Positions 19,291 through 29,071 of a stretch of 59,525 bases of DNA are shown in pieces; position 1 is the first letter of the stretch, and each line of letters opens with the position of its first letter. Made by a program: the position numbers and the translations under genes. The notes beneath the pieces were generated by a model that was not told where the DNA came from, did not search any database, and saw nothing but the letters and a program-made list of their open reading frames with translations. Origin of the DNA: a virus (taxonomy: Duplodnaviria; Caudoviricetes); the IMG/VR virus record IMGVR_UViG_3300022214_000006, positions 1 to 59,525 of that record; one strand, 5' to 3'.

Positions 19291-19659
19291 TTAAGAAATC
19301 ACCCAAACACAGCCTACGATCACTCCAACAAGACAAATAAGCGCCATTAAGGTGATTACTGCACCAAACATAAAACTCATGAATTTATCTACAATTCTGT
19401 ACTCACTTTCGCTCCAAGCGAATATTACTCCACCTAGTAAACACAGCACGAAAAGAATCTTAAACACTACGATTGCATCAGTAGGTAGTTCATGCGGATG
19501 CAATCTATTTACACAACTTGAATATTCTTGCATTTGTGTAACGGTAGCTACTTTAGTATCGTAATTAGACACTATTGACTTACAAGCCATATCTTTGGCT
19601 TGCTCTGCTTCAATCAAAGCGATTGTGGAAATTGTTAGTGCTGCTGAAGATACTGGCAT
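19291..19659 (-). CDS. Membrane protein
   Basis: Two C-terminal TM segments, RBS AAGGA. Confidence 0.65.
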   Translation of the reverse strand: MPVSSAALTISTIALIEAEQAKDMACKSIVSNYDTKVATVTQMQEYSSCVNRLHPHELPTDAIVVFKILFVLCLLGGVIFAWSESEYRIVDKFMSFMFGAVITLMALICLVGVIVGCVWVIS

Positions 19660-20365
19660 TTTTGATTTTCCTTAAAATGTAATCGTAGTAGAACTACCCC
19701 CAGTAACCGTAGCCATCACCAGCCGTACCGAATGATCTTTATAAGTAATAAATTTCCACAACCTGACCAACCAACGTGTTTCAGGATAAGTGTAGGACAG
19801 CATATCACCGGCTTGGAGTCCGTGGTTTGAAGAGTATGTAATCACAAACTCATCCCAAGAACTGCCGAACAGATAACGGCATTCATACCAACCATAAATA
19901 GGAAAGACTGTTCGCGGATATTTGGTTTACGTGTCATCAATAAATAAATTGTGGTGCTTACTGTAACACAGGATAATCCAAAACCAATTAGTGATAGTGT
20001 GTAAATCATTTCAACCCCCAAACATCTTTAAAGCTGACTTCATAGCTTTAGCCTGCCTGTCGATCATAGCTGCAATCAACGTACCTTCTTTACTTGTGCA
20101 GATAAGACATTCAATTTCTGCATCTGCTCCGAAGGCAGATTTCTTCTTTTCTAAAGTGTTAATCAAGTCTTGTAATTTCATTTTGAATCCTCTTAAAGTT
20201 TAATCTCGATCTCGCAAACATAATACGTTGGTTGCCCGATACCGTTAATATTCATTAAACTGATGCTCATCTTTCCATGATGGTCAAGCGCAAACTCATT
20301 AACCATCTGCGAAATCTTCAATTCAAGTTCGCGCTTGGCGGCTTTAACTTCTTCGATTGTTTTGG

Positions 20366-20638
20366 TCATTTTTTGTACTCCATATTAGTCGCCCTCAGAG
20401 TGTCGATGATTTCCATCCATAACCTTTGGCCTTCATAATCCATTTGAGTTTTCATATAGGTTCTAACTTTGCGCAGGCAGTCTGCTAGTCTTTCACGATC
20501 CTCGGAGATACACCCAGCACTTAGGTCTGACTCTCCTTTGCCGCAAGTCTTACACAAAGCTAATACCACCTCCCCGTTATGGTCTAGGATTGCTTCAGGG
20601 CAGTTTGCATCTCCTGTCATATATAGTGTATGTGTCAT
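20366..20638 (-). CDS. Hypothetical protein (Cys-rich N-terminus)
   Basis: ORF in a tightly packed run. Confidence 0.6.
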   Translation of the reverse strand: MTHTLYMTGDANCPEAILDHNGEVVLALCKTCGKGESDLSAGCISEDRERLADCLRKVRTYMKTQMDYEGQRLWMEIIDTLRATNMEYKK

Positions 20639-20643
20639 CTCAA

Positions 20644-20979
20644 TTACTCCCCAAATCGTTCATAATAACAGCAGCCGCAATTAAACCAGACCCGCTCAAA
20701 GAACTCCTCAACACGTTCAAGACTGTCGTTTGTCAGGCACTCAACGTTGAAAGTGTTTCCGTGACGGTCTTTGAATTTTACTTCACTGCTGTAACTAAAC
20801 TTAGGTAACTGAGGATATTTCTCACTCCACTCACAGTTATTATACTCATAAAACTGAATGGGATATTTCCTACCTTCAGCATTGTCAAAACATTTCTGAT
20901 ACAGATACGTCGCGTACTGTTTTAACGGCAAGGGGAATTTTCGGTAGCCTGCGCGTTTTAGTTGGGTGGCGGTAATCAT
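20644..20979 (-). CDS. Hypothetical protein
   Basis: TAATG coupling, RBS. Confidence 0.6.
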   Translation of the reverse strand: MITATQLKRAGYRKFPLPLKQYATYLYQKCFDNAEGRKYPIQFYEYNNCEWSEKYPQLPKFSYSSEVKFKDRHGNTFNVECLTNDSLERVEEFFERVWFNCGCCYYERFGE

Positions 20980-21161
20980 TACAGGCTCCTAGCCTCTATA
21001 GCCAAATTATCAAGTTCTCGTGCTACATTACAGAATGCCGCATCGCCATAGGCAAGTGCATAACCATTGCGCTCACGTTCGGTATTCTCAGCCTTCATAC
21101 CTTCAATCTGAGCGTAGAAAGACATCATTTGACATTGAATAGCTACTACTTGTCCGTTCAT
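20979..21161 (-). CDS. Hypothetical protein
   Basis: RBS AGGAG. Confidence 0.6.
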   Translation of the reverse strand: MNGQVVAIQCQMMSFYAQIEGMKAENTERERNGYALAYGDAAFCNVARELDNLAIEARSL

Positions 21162-21176
21162 TATTCTCTCCTAAAT

Positions 21177-21371
21177 TTATTTCTGCAAAACATACCTAAG
21201 ATTAGCGTTACTTTCCATTACAGCAGCACAGAAGATTAGATCAACAACAGCATCTGACAATTCCTCAGAATAGCTTGGGCTACCCCGCAAAAGAGTCCGC
21301 AAGGCAAGTTTAGCATGGTTAAGGCTATCTTCAGCAACTTCTGATATGTAAGTTATATTTGAACTCATCAT
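21177..21371 (-). CDS. Hypothetical protein
   Basis: Overlap-coupled ORF. Confidence 0.55.
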   Translation of the reverse strand: MMSSNITYISEVAEDSLNHAKLALRTLLRGSPSYSEELSDAVVDLIFCAAVMESNANLRYVLQK

Positions 21372-21574
21372 TCCTCCCCAATACTATCAGACCAACCAAT
21401 CATATCATAAATATCCATACCCTCAATCCAGTATTCACCAAAATCATCCCTTACAACTTCACAACGAAATTTCTGACCATCTGTGGTGTAGCCAAGGAAT
21501 TTGTAGCCTTCCGAATTCGGCAAAGACGATCTTGGAAACAGTCGTTTTCCGCGAACCATTATGTTTTTAATCAT
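21368..21574 (-). CDS. Hypothetical protein
   Basis: Overlap-coupled ORF. Confidence 0.5.
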   Translation of the reverse strand: MIKNIMVRGKRLFPRSSLPNSEGYKFLGYTTDGQKFRCEVVRDDFGEYWIEGMDIYDMIGWSDSIGEE

Positions 21575-21971
21575 CGCAGTCATCGCCACGAGTATCAATC
21601 ATAATATCCCCAAAAAAGAATACTCCTTTATAGGAAGATACTGTGAATGGTTTGTCGAACTTTGTGACGCTGATATAATCTTCTGCAAGGTCTGCTGCTG
21701 TTAGATGTTTGGCACTGATTATTCCTATAAGCCCCGCGTCTACGGGGTAGTCGAAACCGTCAGTCCCTGTAAATTCGCCATCGCCATCTGCTGTATCTGC
21801 CGCGAAGAACTCAATACCTGCTACTTCAGAGTGATTTTCTTTGAAAAATTCATGGCAAAAATCATCCCATACAGCAGATAGCGATTCAATGTAACACAGG
21901 TCTCCGATGTAATACTCGCCTTTTGGCAGAGTCAGGGAGCCGTCAGGGTTTGTTTTCCATTTTAGGGTCAT
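21567..21971 (-). CDS. Conserved phage hypothetical protein
   Basis: 'G.YYIGD.CY...T..GDG.F.......YPVDAG.IGI' motif, RBS GAGG. Confidence 0.7.
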   Translation of the reverse strand: MTLKWKTNPDGSLTLPKGEYYIGDLCYIESLSAVWDDFCHEFFKENHSEVAGIEFFAADTADGDGEFTGTDGFDYPVDAGLIGIISAKHLTAADLAEDYISVTKFDKPFTVSSYKGVFFFGDIMIDTRGDDCDD

Positions 21972-22141
21972 TTCTATACCTCTAAATCAGTAACGTCCAA
22001 ACACTCAACCTGAACAACTGCATCCTGTTCAGAACTATCCAACGAATCCCACAACTGTTTACGAGCCTGTTTCTCAGTGCTGGCGGCAATCGTGACTTCT
22101 TTGTCCAAGCCTTCGATATAGAATAGGTAGGCGTATTTCAT

Positions 22142-22453
22142 TTAAAACTCGTAAGTAATACTAAGTTGTCCAGCAACACTTTTCATAGCCGATTCGCTGA
22201 ACAAGCTACGCAATTGAATAATCATTGATCCGTAACTCGATACTATACGCTTCCAGTCAGCATTATCAGAATCGTAAGAACTGATACTTACTTTCATACG
22301 TGCCACAATGTCACTAGCTGCTGTAACAGGTACACCTTGTTTCATCAATTCGCCAATAAGGTCTTCCATAAAACAGAAGTTAGGTTGCTTGCTGAAGTTA
22401 AGTGCTGCCATCTTTTCACACATGTCTGCCAGTTGTTTAAGTTGTTGCGTCAT
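22142..22453 (-). CDS. Hypothetical protein
   Basis: RBS GAGGAG; promoter-like TTGACA..GATAAT at 22489-22518. Confidence 0.65.
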   Translation of the reverse strand: MTQQLKQLADMCEKMAALNFSKQPNFCFMEDLIGELMKQGVPVTAASDIVARMKVSISSYDSDNADWKRIVSSYGSMIIQLRSLFSESAMKSVAGQLSITYEF

Positions 22454-22531
22454 TTTTAATCTCCTCTTTAATTATTCAACGAGGTAATATTATCGCATGA
22501 TTTAGGGGGTGGTGTCAAGGGTCATAAGTGG

Positions 22532-22747
22532 CTATTTCTTCCCAAGCCTATCTTGGATAACTTCTGAACAATTGTAAGCAATACGCGCATTCTGATGACT
22601 CCTGTCACCATAAGCATTACACTCATTAACGGCTTCTGCGATGGCGGCGTACCACGCGGATTCTGCGAGTTCACGCAGAGCCATATCAAACGCGGCTGGT
22701 TGACTAGTTGGTTTAAACTTTTTTGCCCAGTATTCATTGAAAGTCAT
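22532..22747 (-). CDS. Hypothetical protein
   Basis: RBS GAGG before MTFNEYW. Confidence 0.55.
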   Translation of the reverse strand: MTFNEYWAKKFKPTSQPAAFDMALRELAESAWYAAIAEAVNECNAYGDRSHQNARIAYNCSEVIQDRLGKK

Positions 22748-22799
22748 CTTAGTTCCTCTTTTGTCTAGTTGCTCAGTTTCATTACCGAGTTTGATTATT

Positions 22800-22991
22800 T
22801 TACATTGGTTGGGGAGAGTTGTCAATCATCTCAAGAATTTTAATAGCACATTCATACCACTGAAACACCATAAAAAGTTCTCCGGTAGGTGAGTAATTAT
22901 AAATTTCCTCTGCTGTAAGCAAGCTACCATCAGATTTCTCAAGAATTTTAGCCTTTTCGATGGTCTCACACATTTGTCGAATACTCGGCAT
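22800..22991 (-). CDS. Hypothetical protein
   Basis: RBS GGGGAG, downstream of a consensus promoter. Confidence 0.6.
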   Translation of the reverse strand: MPSIRQMCETIEKAKILEKSDGSLLTAEEIYNYSPTGELFMVFQWYECAIKILEMIDNSPQPM

Positions 22992-23025
22992 TTTTTACTC
23001 CCCTATTTATAATTAACGTTCGAGC

Positions 23026-23054
23026 ATTATAGATGTTTTAGATGGGGTTGTCAA
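23026..23054 (-). promoter_or_regulatory. Consensus sigma70 promoter
   Basis: TTGACA-N17-TATAAT. Confidence 0.8.
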
Positions 23055-23913
23055 GGGTGTTGGAGATTAAATTTAAGACTGCCGGGAGGTTGTGTAAATG
23101 GGTGGCTTCTTTTTTGAAACCTTCAATTCCGGTATTAACTATTGGGAATGTCTTTTGGATTAAGCGTTCTATCTGTTGTGCTTGTATGCCGGAGCATTCG
23201 TAGGTGGTGATTAGTTCTGCGTAGGCGTTGTGCTTTTTGAAGGAAGTTTTGTGCCTATCGGCACGTGTTTTAAAATTATTAGTTATTCCAAAACCACAAT
23301 GGGTATCGTTGATTGCATACACATATACTACTGAAGGCTTTTTTGAATTAAATCCAGTTTTAGCACAGTTAGGACAGCCAACACCATCTAAAACGCTCCC
23401 CACTACCGCACTCCATTTATTACCACAACATAAACAGCTATATTTCATTTTATGGCTGTTACGACCTGTGTATTCTGACTCTCGCTTTATTCCTCGTCCA
23501 AGCAATTTAGCATCTATACTGCTATTTGTCAGAGGATTACTCCCAAAACATTTAGGGCATCCGGTACCATTATTAATTACATTGCTATATTTAGCTCTCC
23601 ATGTATGCCCACAGATGCCTGAAAACTCCATTCCACTATCCGCCCCAACATACTCGGATAATCTAGATATGCCCCTCTTAACTAATTCAGCATCCACTTC
23701 TTCTATTGGTCTAGGAATTCTTCCACCGCATTTAGGGCAACCTCTTCCTTTTGACACAACATTATTTGGTAGTGCTGACCAAACCCACCCACAGGACAAT
23801 TTTGTGCATTTGAAACGTATCTTAGTGTGGCACATAACATAGGTATCTAAGAGAATTATATTTCTCCCAGACAATCTAGATTGTATAATCTCGTCAGTTA
23901 GTTTCTTAGCCAT
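23038..23913 (-). CDS. Free-standing endonuclease-like protein: 3 Zn-ribbon repeats + GIY-YIG-like C-terminal domain
   Basis: Paralogue of 17815-19077; repeats ending 'GCP.C'; 'VYVY......GFGITN...R...H'. Confidence 0.7.
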   Translation of the reverse strand: MAKKLTDEIIQSRLSGRNIILLDTYVMCHTKIRFKCTKLSCGWVWSALPNNVVSKGRGCPKCGGRIPRPIEEVDAELVKRGISRLSEYVGADSGMEFSGICGHTWRAKYSNVINNGTGCPKCFGSNPLTNSSIDAKLLGRGIKRESEYTGRNSHKMKYSCLCCGNKWSAVVGSVLDGVGCPNCAKTGFNSKKPSVVYVYAINDTHCGFGITNNFKTRADRHKTSFKKHNAYAELITTYECSGIQAQQIERLIQKTFPIVNTGIEGFKKEATHLHNLPAVLNLISNTLDNPI

Positions 23914-24051
23914 AACAAAACCCTCAAAAATGTACACGAGCCGCCAAGCTGTAGTCCTGTAATAAAACAAGACCCGTGTACATATCTGAGGGTTTTACAG
24001 TTGCTACATCTTGGCTAGGGTTCTTATAGCAAAATAATAGTAACTTGTCAA
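23914..24051 (-). promoter_or_regulatory. Promoter + structured leader of the endonuclease gene
   Basis: TTGACA-N17-TATAAG (24023-24051); stem 23917-23940/23973-23996; cross-pairing 24004-24015 with 23943-23954. Confidence 0.6.
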
Positions 24052-25625
24052 GCCTTATGGTCGATAACCATCTTGTACAAATCCAACAGTGCGTCCTGAT
24101 CGGTTTTTTTAGCAATAAGGCTATCAAACCTCTTCCACTCGATAGGCGTAGCGCCGATATAGTAGATATTCATCGGATGTTTCTGCAATGCTGATGCGAT
24201 ACGCTCATTACTTTGAAGAAAGTGGAGTCCACGTTGGCTAGGAGCTGCCCAAACTATTTTATCAGCAGCAGCCATCTCAAGACCATGGGCGCATACTTGA
24301 GGATGTGCGAGTAACACGCGGGGTTCTTCGCTGTTCTGGAAGTCGGTAAATATTCTATCTCGTTCTTTTTTACCTACTGATCCGTACACCATCTCACAGG
24401 TGAACTCTTTGCTTATTTCCCTATAGTAAAGTCTCAATGCTCCTGTAAAACTCACAAAGACAATGGTTTTTCTAGGTGTACTGCGGATACACCTCATGAT
24501 CGCATCAATACGAGATTGGCAGTCCAATTCCTGATAGGTGTCTAGTCCAGTCTTATAAGCCCCTAACGCAATCTGCAACAGTTTACCAACTTTATCGCTG
24601 GCGTTAATTGCTAAAAGTTTTTCGCCACTTTCATGTTCTAAAAGCATGTCTTTTTTCATACTATCATACATCTTCTTCTGTTCTTTACTGAGATCACATT
24701 CGATTCGTGTATGGGTGAGTTCTGGTAAGTTTAGGACATCTTTCTTCCTTATGCAAATGGCGGGTTGTAGAGCGCGGTGTACATGGATGTTCGCGTCTTT
24801 TTTAGGCTTCCAAATAGGTGGGTTTACGCAAATTTGATTCATCACTAACGAACGCCAAGCGCCAAAATATTTAGGAACGTTGTCAGGTGAAACCAATTTC
24901 ACCATGCTCCATACAGAAAGCGGATTTTCTCCAGTTGGCGTACCTGTCAACTCTATAAAACGCTGACTAGGTTTCAGCGCATCACGTATGGACTTCCACA
25001 TTAAACTTTGAGAATTTCCGAGGTTATCTGCTTCGTCCCAAACGATAATATCAATGTCTTTACTATTCATCAAATACTTTTTGATTGCATCATTCTTAAC
25101 TCCGTCATGGTTGATGATGGTTATGGTATAATTGGATTTCAGTTCTTCTTCAAATCGTGGATTGACAGAGTGGATCACTTCACTGCTGTAATTTGAAAAC
25201 GATTCAAGAGCCAACTGATGCCAGACAGTGCTTGTGGTAGATAGTGTTGTAAAAATAACCATGCGCCTAACATTTCCAAATTTCCGCAGGAAATCAAACG
25301 TGAGCATAGTTGAAAAACTTTTTCCAGTCCTCGGCTCGGAAAGATCGAAACAGCGTTTGTTATCAGCTTTAAACCGAGCTGTGATTAGTTGGTGCGGCAT
25401 CGGAGGATAGATACCTGCCAGCAATGGTGGTTCATACAACTCAAACGGATGCGGACAATCCAAAATCCCCCGTAGTTTTTGGTAAGCCTCCAAATCCCAT
25501 TTAACCGCAACCTTCGGCTGTCCAGATTCGTCTTGGATTATTTTATGTTTAAGATCGGTCAGGAAGGGAAGAAGGACGTGGCTGACGATTATGGACTTGC
25601 TGGGACGATGCACGGTTACGGTCAT
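24048..25625 (-). CDS. SNF2-family helicase
   Basis: 'EPRTGKS', 'WDEAD', 'LTGTP', 'HGLEM..AD', 'QSNERI'. Confidence 0.88.
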   Translation of the reverse strand: MTVTVHRPSKSIIVSHVLLPFLTDLKHKIIQDESGQPKVAVKWDLEAYQKLRGILDCPHPFELYEPPLLAGIYPPMPHQLITARFKADNKRCFDLSEPRTGKSFSTMLTFDFLRKFGNVRRMVIFTTLSTTSTVWHQLALESFSNYSSEVIHSVNPRFEEELKSNYTITIINHDGVKNDAIKKYLMNSKDIDIIVWDEADNLGNSQSLMWKSIRDALKPSQRFIELTGTPTGENPLSVWSMVKLVSPDNVPKYFGAWRSLVMNQICVNPPIWKPKKDANIHVHRALQPAICIRKKDVLNLPELTHTRIECDLSKEQKKMYDSMKKDMLLEHESGEKLLAINASDKVGKLLQIALGAYKTGLDTYQELDCQSRIDAIMRCIRSTPRKTIVFVSFTGALRLYYREISKEFTCEMVYGSVGKKERDRIFTDFQNSEEPRVLLAHPQVCAHGLEMAAADKIVWAAPSQRGLHFLQSNERIASALQKHPMNIYYIGATPIEWKRFDSLIAKKTDQDALLDLYKMVIDHKA

Positions 25626-25945
25626 CTGCTACGATCCGAAAACCATTCAGTTGTTTCAGGAGTTTGTAGCAGTGCAGAGTCCTGATAAAGCTCATATCTA
25701 AGAATACTTAGAAGTTCTAAAGAGGTATTGTAAACTTCAGATTCAACCTTTGGAAATTTAGGATAATTAATAAGCCCAACAACAAAACCTAACTCTTCCC
25801 CACCAGTATAAATGAATGTTGTAGGCTCAATTGTTACACAAAGTCCGCGTGTTTTAACTTCCCTACGAAGAATTTGTTTGGCTACAGCAATGTCTCCAGC
25901 CATGATTATTTTACACCAATAGGTGCTAAGTTTTTCAATGTTCAT
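25622..25945 (-). CDS. Conserved phage hypothetical protein
   Basis: 'GLCVT.EPT.FIYTGGEE.G..VGLINYP.FP'. Confidence 0.7.
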   Translation of the reverse strand: MNIEKLSTYWCKIIMAGDIAVAKQILRREVKTRGLCVTIEPTTFIYTGGEELGFVVGLINYPKFPKVESEVYNTSLELLSILRYELYQDSALLQTPETTEWFSDRSR

Positions 25946-26784
25946 TTAATATTCTCTGTAGTATACAACTCACAAGACTCTCCACACCCACTATTAATGT
26001 CGTCAATAATTACATCGTCGTCCTGTTCTGATAGTCTGAACAAATCCTCTGTAGATCGTCTACCTCTAAAGAATGTCCTAGCAACTGATTTATCTTTATG
26101 TGGTCCGACATGCGGATACATTTTCTCTATATACCTTGGAAAGTCGAAGATTTCAGGCATTTCGTTTACAAGCATCAGATGTTTCTTCAGAGACTTCTTC
26201 CAACACCATGTACAGTTTCCGTGGTGTTCCATAATATTTAGATCGAACGGCTGCTGCGCCCACCAATCTAATACTCCTTGTTTGTCGATTGGGTACATAT
26301 CAACTAATGGGTAAATTATATTTGCTTTCGTAGCGTCTTTACGAACCCTGCGTGTTTCATCAGTTCTGATTCCTATAGCTGTTAGAATATCACGCTTTTT
26401 CCAACCAATAGATTTCACATAACTATTAATTGGAGCTAATTTCAACTCTCGTGTGCAATGCGGGAAGGCTTGATTTGGGATACCGTGTTTACGGATAATT
26501 TCTTCAAATGGTTCGCCTTGCCTTGATGCCGTTTCAAATGTTACAACCTTATGAGTGTTGCCTTTACGCTCGTTGTGGTGAACTATAGCCTCAACCCAAA
26601 CTGTATTAAATCCGAAGTGCTTATCGCAGTTGTTTACGAACTCTAACGTCTTTTTATGCTCTTGCCCAGTATTGGCGAAGATTACAAGGAATTCAAATTC
26701 ATCTGATTTATTATCTAATAACCACTTCGTCATAAACCCAGAAGTGCGCCCACCGCTGAAACTAATTACCATTTTAGGTTTCAT
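25942..26784 (-). CDS. PAPS-reductase-like (PP-loop) protein
   Basis: PP-loop 'SFSGGRTSG', 'FANTG.EH', 'CTRELK..P', 'GNC..CWKKS'. Confidence 0.85.
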   Translation of the reverse strand: MKPKMVISFSGGRTSGFMTKWLLDNKSDEFEFLVIFANTGQEHKKTLEFVNNCDKHFGFNTVWVEAIVHHNERKGNTHKVVTFETASRQGEPFEEIIRKHGIPNQAFPHCTRELKLAPINSYVKSIGWKKRDILTAIGIRTDETRRVRKDATKANIIYPLVDMYPIDKQGVLDWWAQQPFDLNIMEHHGNCTWCWKKSLKKHLMLVNEMPEIFDFPRYIEKMYPHVGPHKDKSVARTFFRGRRSTEDLFRLSEQDDDVIIDDINSGCGESCELYTTENIK

Positions 26785-26865
26785 ATCAAAATCTACCAAC
26801 GCAGAATAATTCCCATAGTTTATCTTTACAATTACGTAATAATATTCGTTTTTTAAAATAATTTA

Positions 26866-27177
26866 TCATTCCCCACAAACTTTCCTGAAGTAAGAGTAAA
26901 ATTGCTCATCAGTAGAAAATGAATGCTCAGTCCCATCAACCTCCACAATCTGTGCATGACCGTCATCGCACAGTTTCATCTCGTACAAGAAATATGCAGC
27001 ATCATCAAACGCATCACCAAACACTTCACGCATAAGACGTTCATTGACTCTAAGTAGGCTGTCAACGTGAGGATTGTCGAAAAATGCTGTAGAGATTTCA
27101 TGTGGGAGTGAATCCAGCCAACGTTCTTGGATTAGTTGTTGTTCTCTAATAAATTTTAAGGTTTCGGTTTTAGTCAT
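26866..27177 (-). CDS. Hypothetical protein
   Basis: RBS GGAG. Confidence 0.6.
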   Translation of the reverse strand: MTKTETLKFIREQQLIQERWLDSLPHEISTAFFDNPHVDSLLRVNERLMREVFGDAFDDAAYFLYEMKLCDDGHAQIVEVDGTEHSFSTDEQFYSYFRKVCGE

Positions 27178-27329
27178 CAATGTCTCCAACCACATAAGAA
27201 ATCTCACGCAACAGTTCTAAATTATTCATTGAATTTATATACTCCTCAAATGCCTCGTCGGAGTTATTTAGTTCGTGCTTAGTCTTGTCACGATACCATT
27301 GCTTAAATAATTGTCCGTAAATATCCATT

Positions 27330-27860
27330 TCATTTCTCCTTAAATTTCAGCGCAACATCACTAGGCGACCACGACAGCACAATACCCGCCACAGCCTTAT
27401 TAAACGCTTCCATAGCCTCTTCAACCGCTGAGGGTACGTCCATATCGTCTGCGAGTTCATCACAGCAATAGTCGCTTTCCAACGGTGTTACATAGTTCGG
27501 TTTGCAAATCAGCAGTCGCAGTTCTGAAAGGTCTTGACCTTCTTCAAGATCATCGTATGCGTCCGCAAGATCGTAGTAATATTTATCTCTAGAATCAGAG
27601 TATATCATGGATTTGCCATCCCATTCGGCAATCGGGAGTGCGCAATAACGTTCAAACTCAGCTTTGGCTCGACAATCTTCACAGAGAGTATAGGGTTTCT
27701 CAGTTGGTTTTCCGCAGGATTTACAAAGTACATGGGTGCATCCAGCATAACGTGCTGAGGCTTCGTCAGTGTAGAAAAAGCCATTACCACTACGCCAACC
27801 GGAAACAGTGCATGGTTGCGCGGCTTCGTCGCTGTCTTGTAGGATTATTTTTGGGGTCAT
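27330..27860 (-). CDS. Conserved phage protein with CxxC..CxxC
   Basis: RBS AGGAG; 'ARYAGCTH..C..CG.......CEDC'. Confidence 0.7.
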   Translation of the reverse strand: MTPKIILQDSDEAAQPCTVSGWRSGNGFFYTDEASARYAGCTHVLCKSCGKPTEKPYTLCEDCRAKAEFERYCALPIAEWDGKSMIYSDSRDKYYYDLADAYDDLEEGQDLSELRLLICKPNYVTPLESDYCCDELADDMDVPSAVEEAMEAFNKAVAGIVLSWSPSDVALKFKEK

Positions 27861-27869
27861 TTCTTCTCC

Positions 27870-28553
27870 TTATCTGCGCCCATTCTTAGGGCACGAAACT
27901 ACATCGCACCATTTTCCACACAAACCTGAAACTCTCATCTTCCACTGGTCAAACATGACACTGTTCTCAATTTGGTCAATCGTCTCAGCCAAATCCGAAG
28001 CCAGTTCTTGAACTCTGCTGCGCTCAACAATCTCGCTTGTTGGCGGATGATCTTTCTTCAACCAGATATACGTGTTCTTGGTCTTTTCAATTTCTGGAAG
28101 ATTACAGAATGTCAGCAAACTGAAGCATCGCAACTCATCAAAATCCTTTGGTTTAGCCTTACCCGACTTCCAGTCCAACACCTGCGCCTTATCTTCCTGA
28201 TGCACCAGCACGTCTAACTTACCTCGTAGCCATGCATTATCATCCCAGAACCCAGTTGGTGTCAAGTCTTTTGTAATTGCAAATTCTTGTTCGGCAGTCA
28301 CGTATTTTGACTTAAATTTTCGGATGCTATCAAGATATGGTTGCAACACTTCAAAACGCTCTACAGGGTTGCGATTCTCTTTGATACACTGTTCGGCTTC
28401 AGCATGGAGTTCAGTACCATAGATAGTGGCTTCGGTTGGCTTGAACTCTACAGACTTGTCGAAATATTTGGCTTTCCATTGGGTTGGGCAGGTTCGGTAC
28501 AGGTTTATCTTACTGAAGCTTAGAGGATACAACTTAAAATTTTCGTAGCTCAT
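27870..28553 (-). CDS. PD-(D/E)XK (RecB/Cas4-like) exonuclease
   Basis: 'SFSKI..Y..CP', 'GT.LH', 'RGKLD.......DWKSGK', C-terminal 'LC.KWC....CP.N'. Confidence 0.85.
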   Translation of the reverse strand: MSYENFKLYPLSFSKINLYRTCPTQWKAKYFDKSVEFKPTEATIYGTELHAEAEQCIKENRNPVERFEVLQPYLDSIRKFKSKYVTAEQEFAITKDLTPTGFWDDNAWLRGKLDVLVHQEDKAQVLDWKSGKAKPKDFDELRCFSLLTFCNLPEIEKTKNTYIWLKKDHPPTSEIVERSRVQELASDLAETIDQIENSVMFDQWKMRVSGLCGKWCDVVSCPKNGRR

Positions 28554-28717
28554 TTAACCTTAACCACTTTCGCTTCAAAGAATTCATTAGTTTTAAACTG
28601 CGGAAAACTACCGCGTCCAAAAGGGCAATTAAATGTTTTAGCTAAGTGTCTGTCCTTAGTCTTACCACAGTGCTTACACTTAGGCTTTGGGGCGTTACTG
28701 AAATCTAAATCAATCAT
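28550..28717 (-). CDS. Small Zn-binding-like protein (55 aa, below the ORF-track cutoff)
   Basis: MIDLDFSNAPKPKCKHCGKTKDRHLAKTFNCP...; ATGA overlaps at both ends. Confidence 0.5.
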   Translation of the reverse strand: MIDLDFSNAPKPKCKHCGKTKDRHLAKTFNCPFGRGSFPQFKTNEFFEAKVVKVK

Positions 28718-28884
28718 CGCTCAATCTCCTCAACAATATCAGTAATCTCTTGCAGCCTATCAGACCATCTATTAAGCATCCGCTGTGCTTCTGCGATGTC
28801 TTCACGACTAAATAGTGTGTCACCAGTGAAAAAGGTGGCGTCTACTTTGTCAAATAAATCGTCTGTGTGTTTGTTGCTAAACAT
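28714..28884 (-). CDS. Hypothetical protein
   Basis: Coupled ORF, RBS GGAG. Confidence 0.55.
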   Translation of the reverse strand: MFSNKHTDDLFDKVDATFFTGDTLFSREDIAEAQRMLNRWSDRLQEITDIVEEIER

Positions 28885-29071
28885 GTTTAACACTCTCCAA
28901 AGCATTCCTAGCCACAAATGCAATATCTAGGGTTACAAAAGCTGTATCCCCACCTTCATCATTTATTTCGTCTATCCATGACTGTTTTTTAGAATACCTG
29001 GAGTAACACGGATGCTCTTCTGCGCTTGACAGAATTTCTTTTAGGGCTTCAATTAGTATTTGGTTACTCAT
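28877..29071 (-). CDS. Hypothetical protein
   Basis: Coupled ORF. Confidence 0.55.
   Translation of the reverse strand: MSNQILIEALKEILSSAEEHPCYSRYSKKQSWIDEINDEGGDTAFVTLDIAFVARNALESVKHV

Noticed and set aside
27870-28553. cas4 as evidence of CRISPR-Cas
   Set aside because: Stand-alone PD-(D/E)XK exonuclease in a replication region, common in phages; no array or other cas genes.
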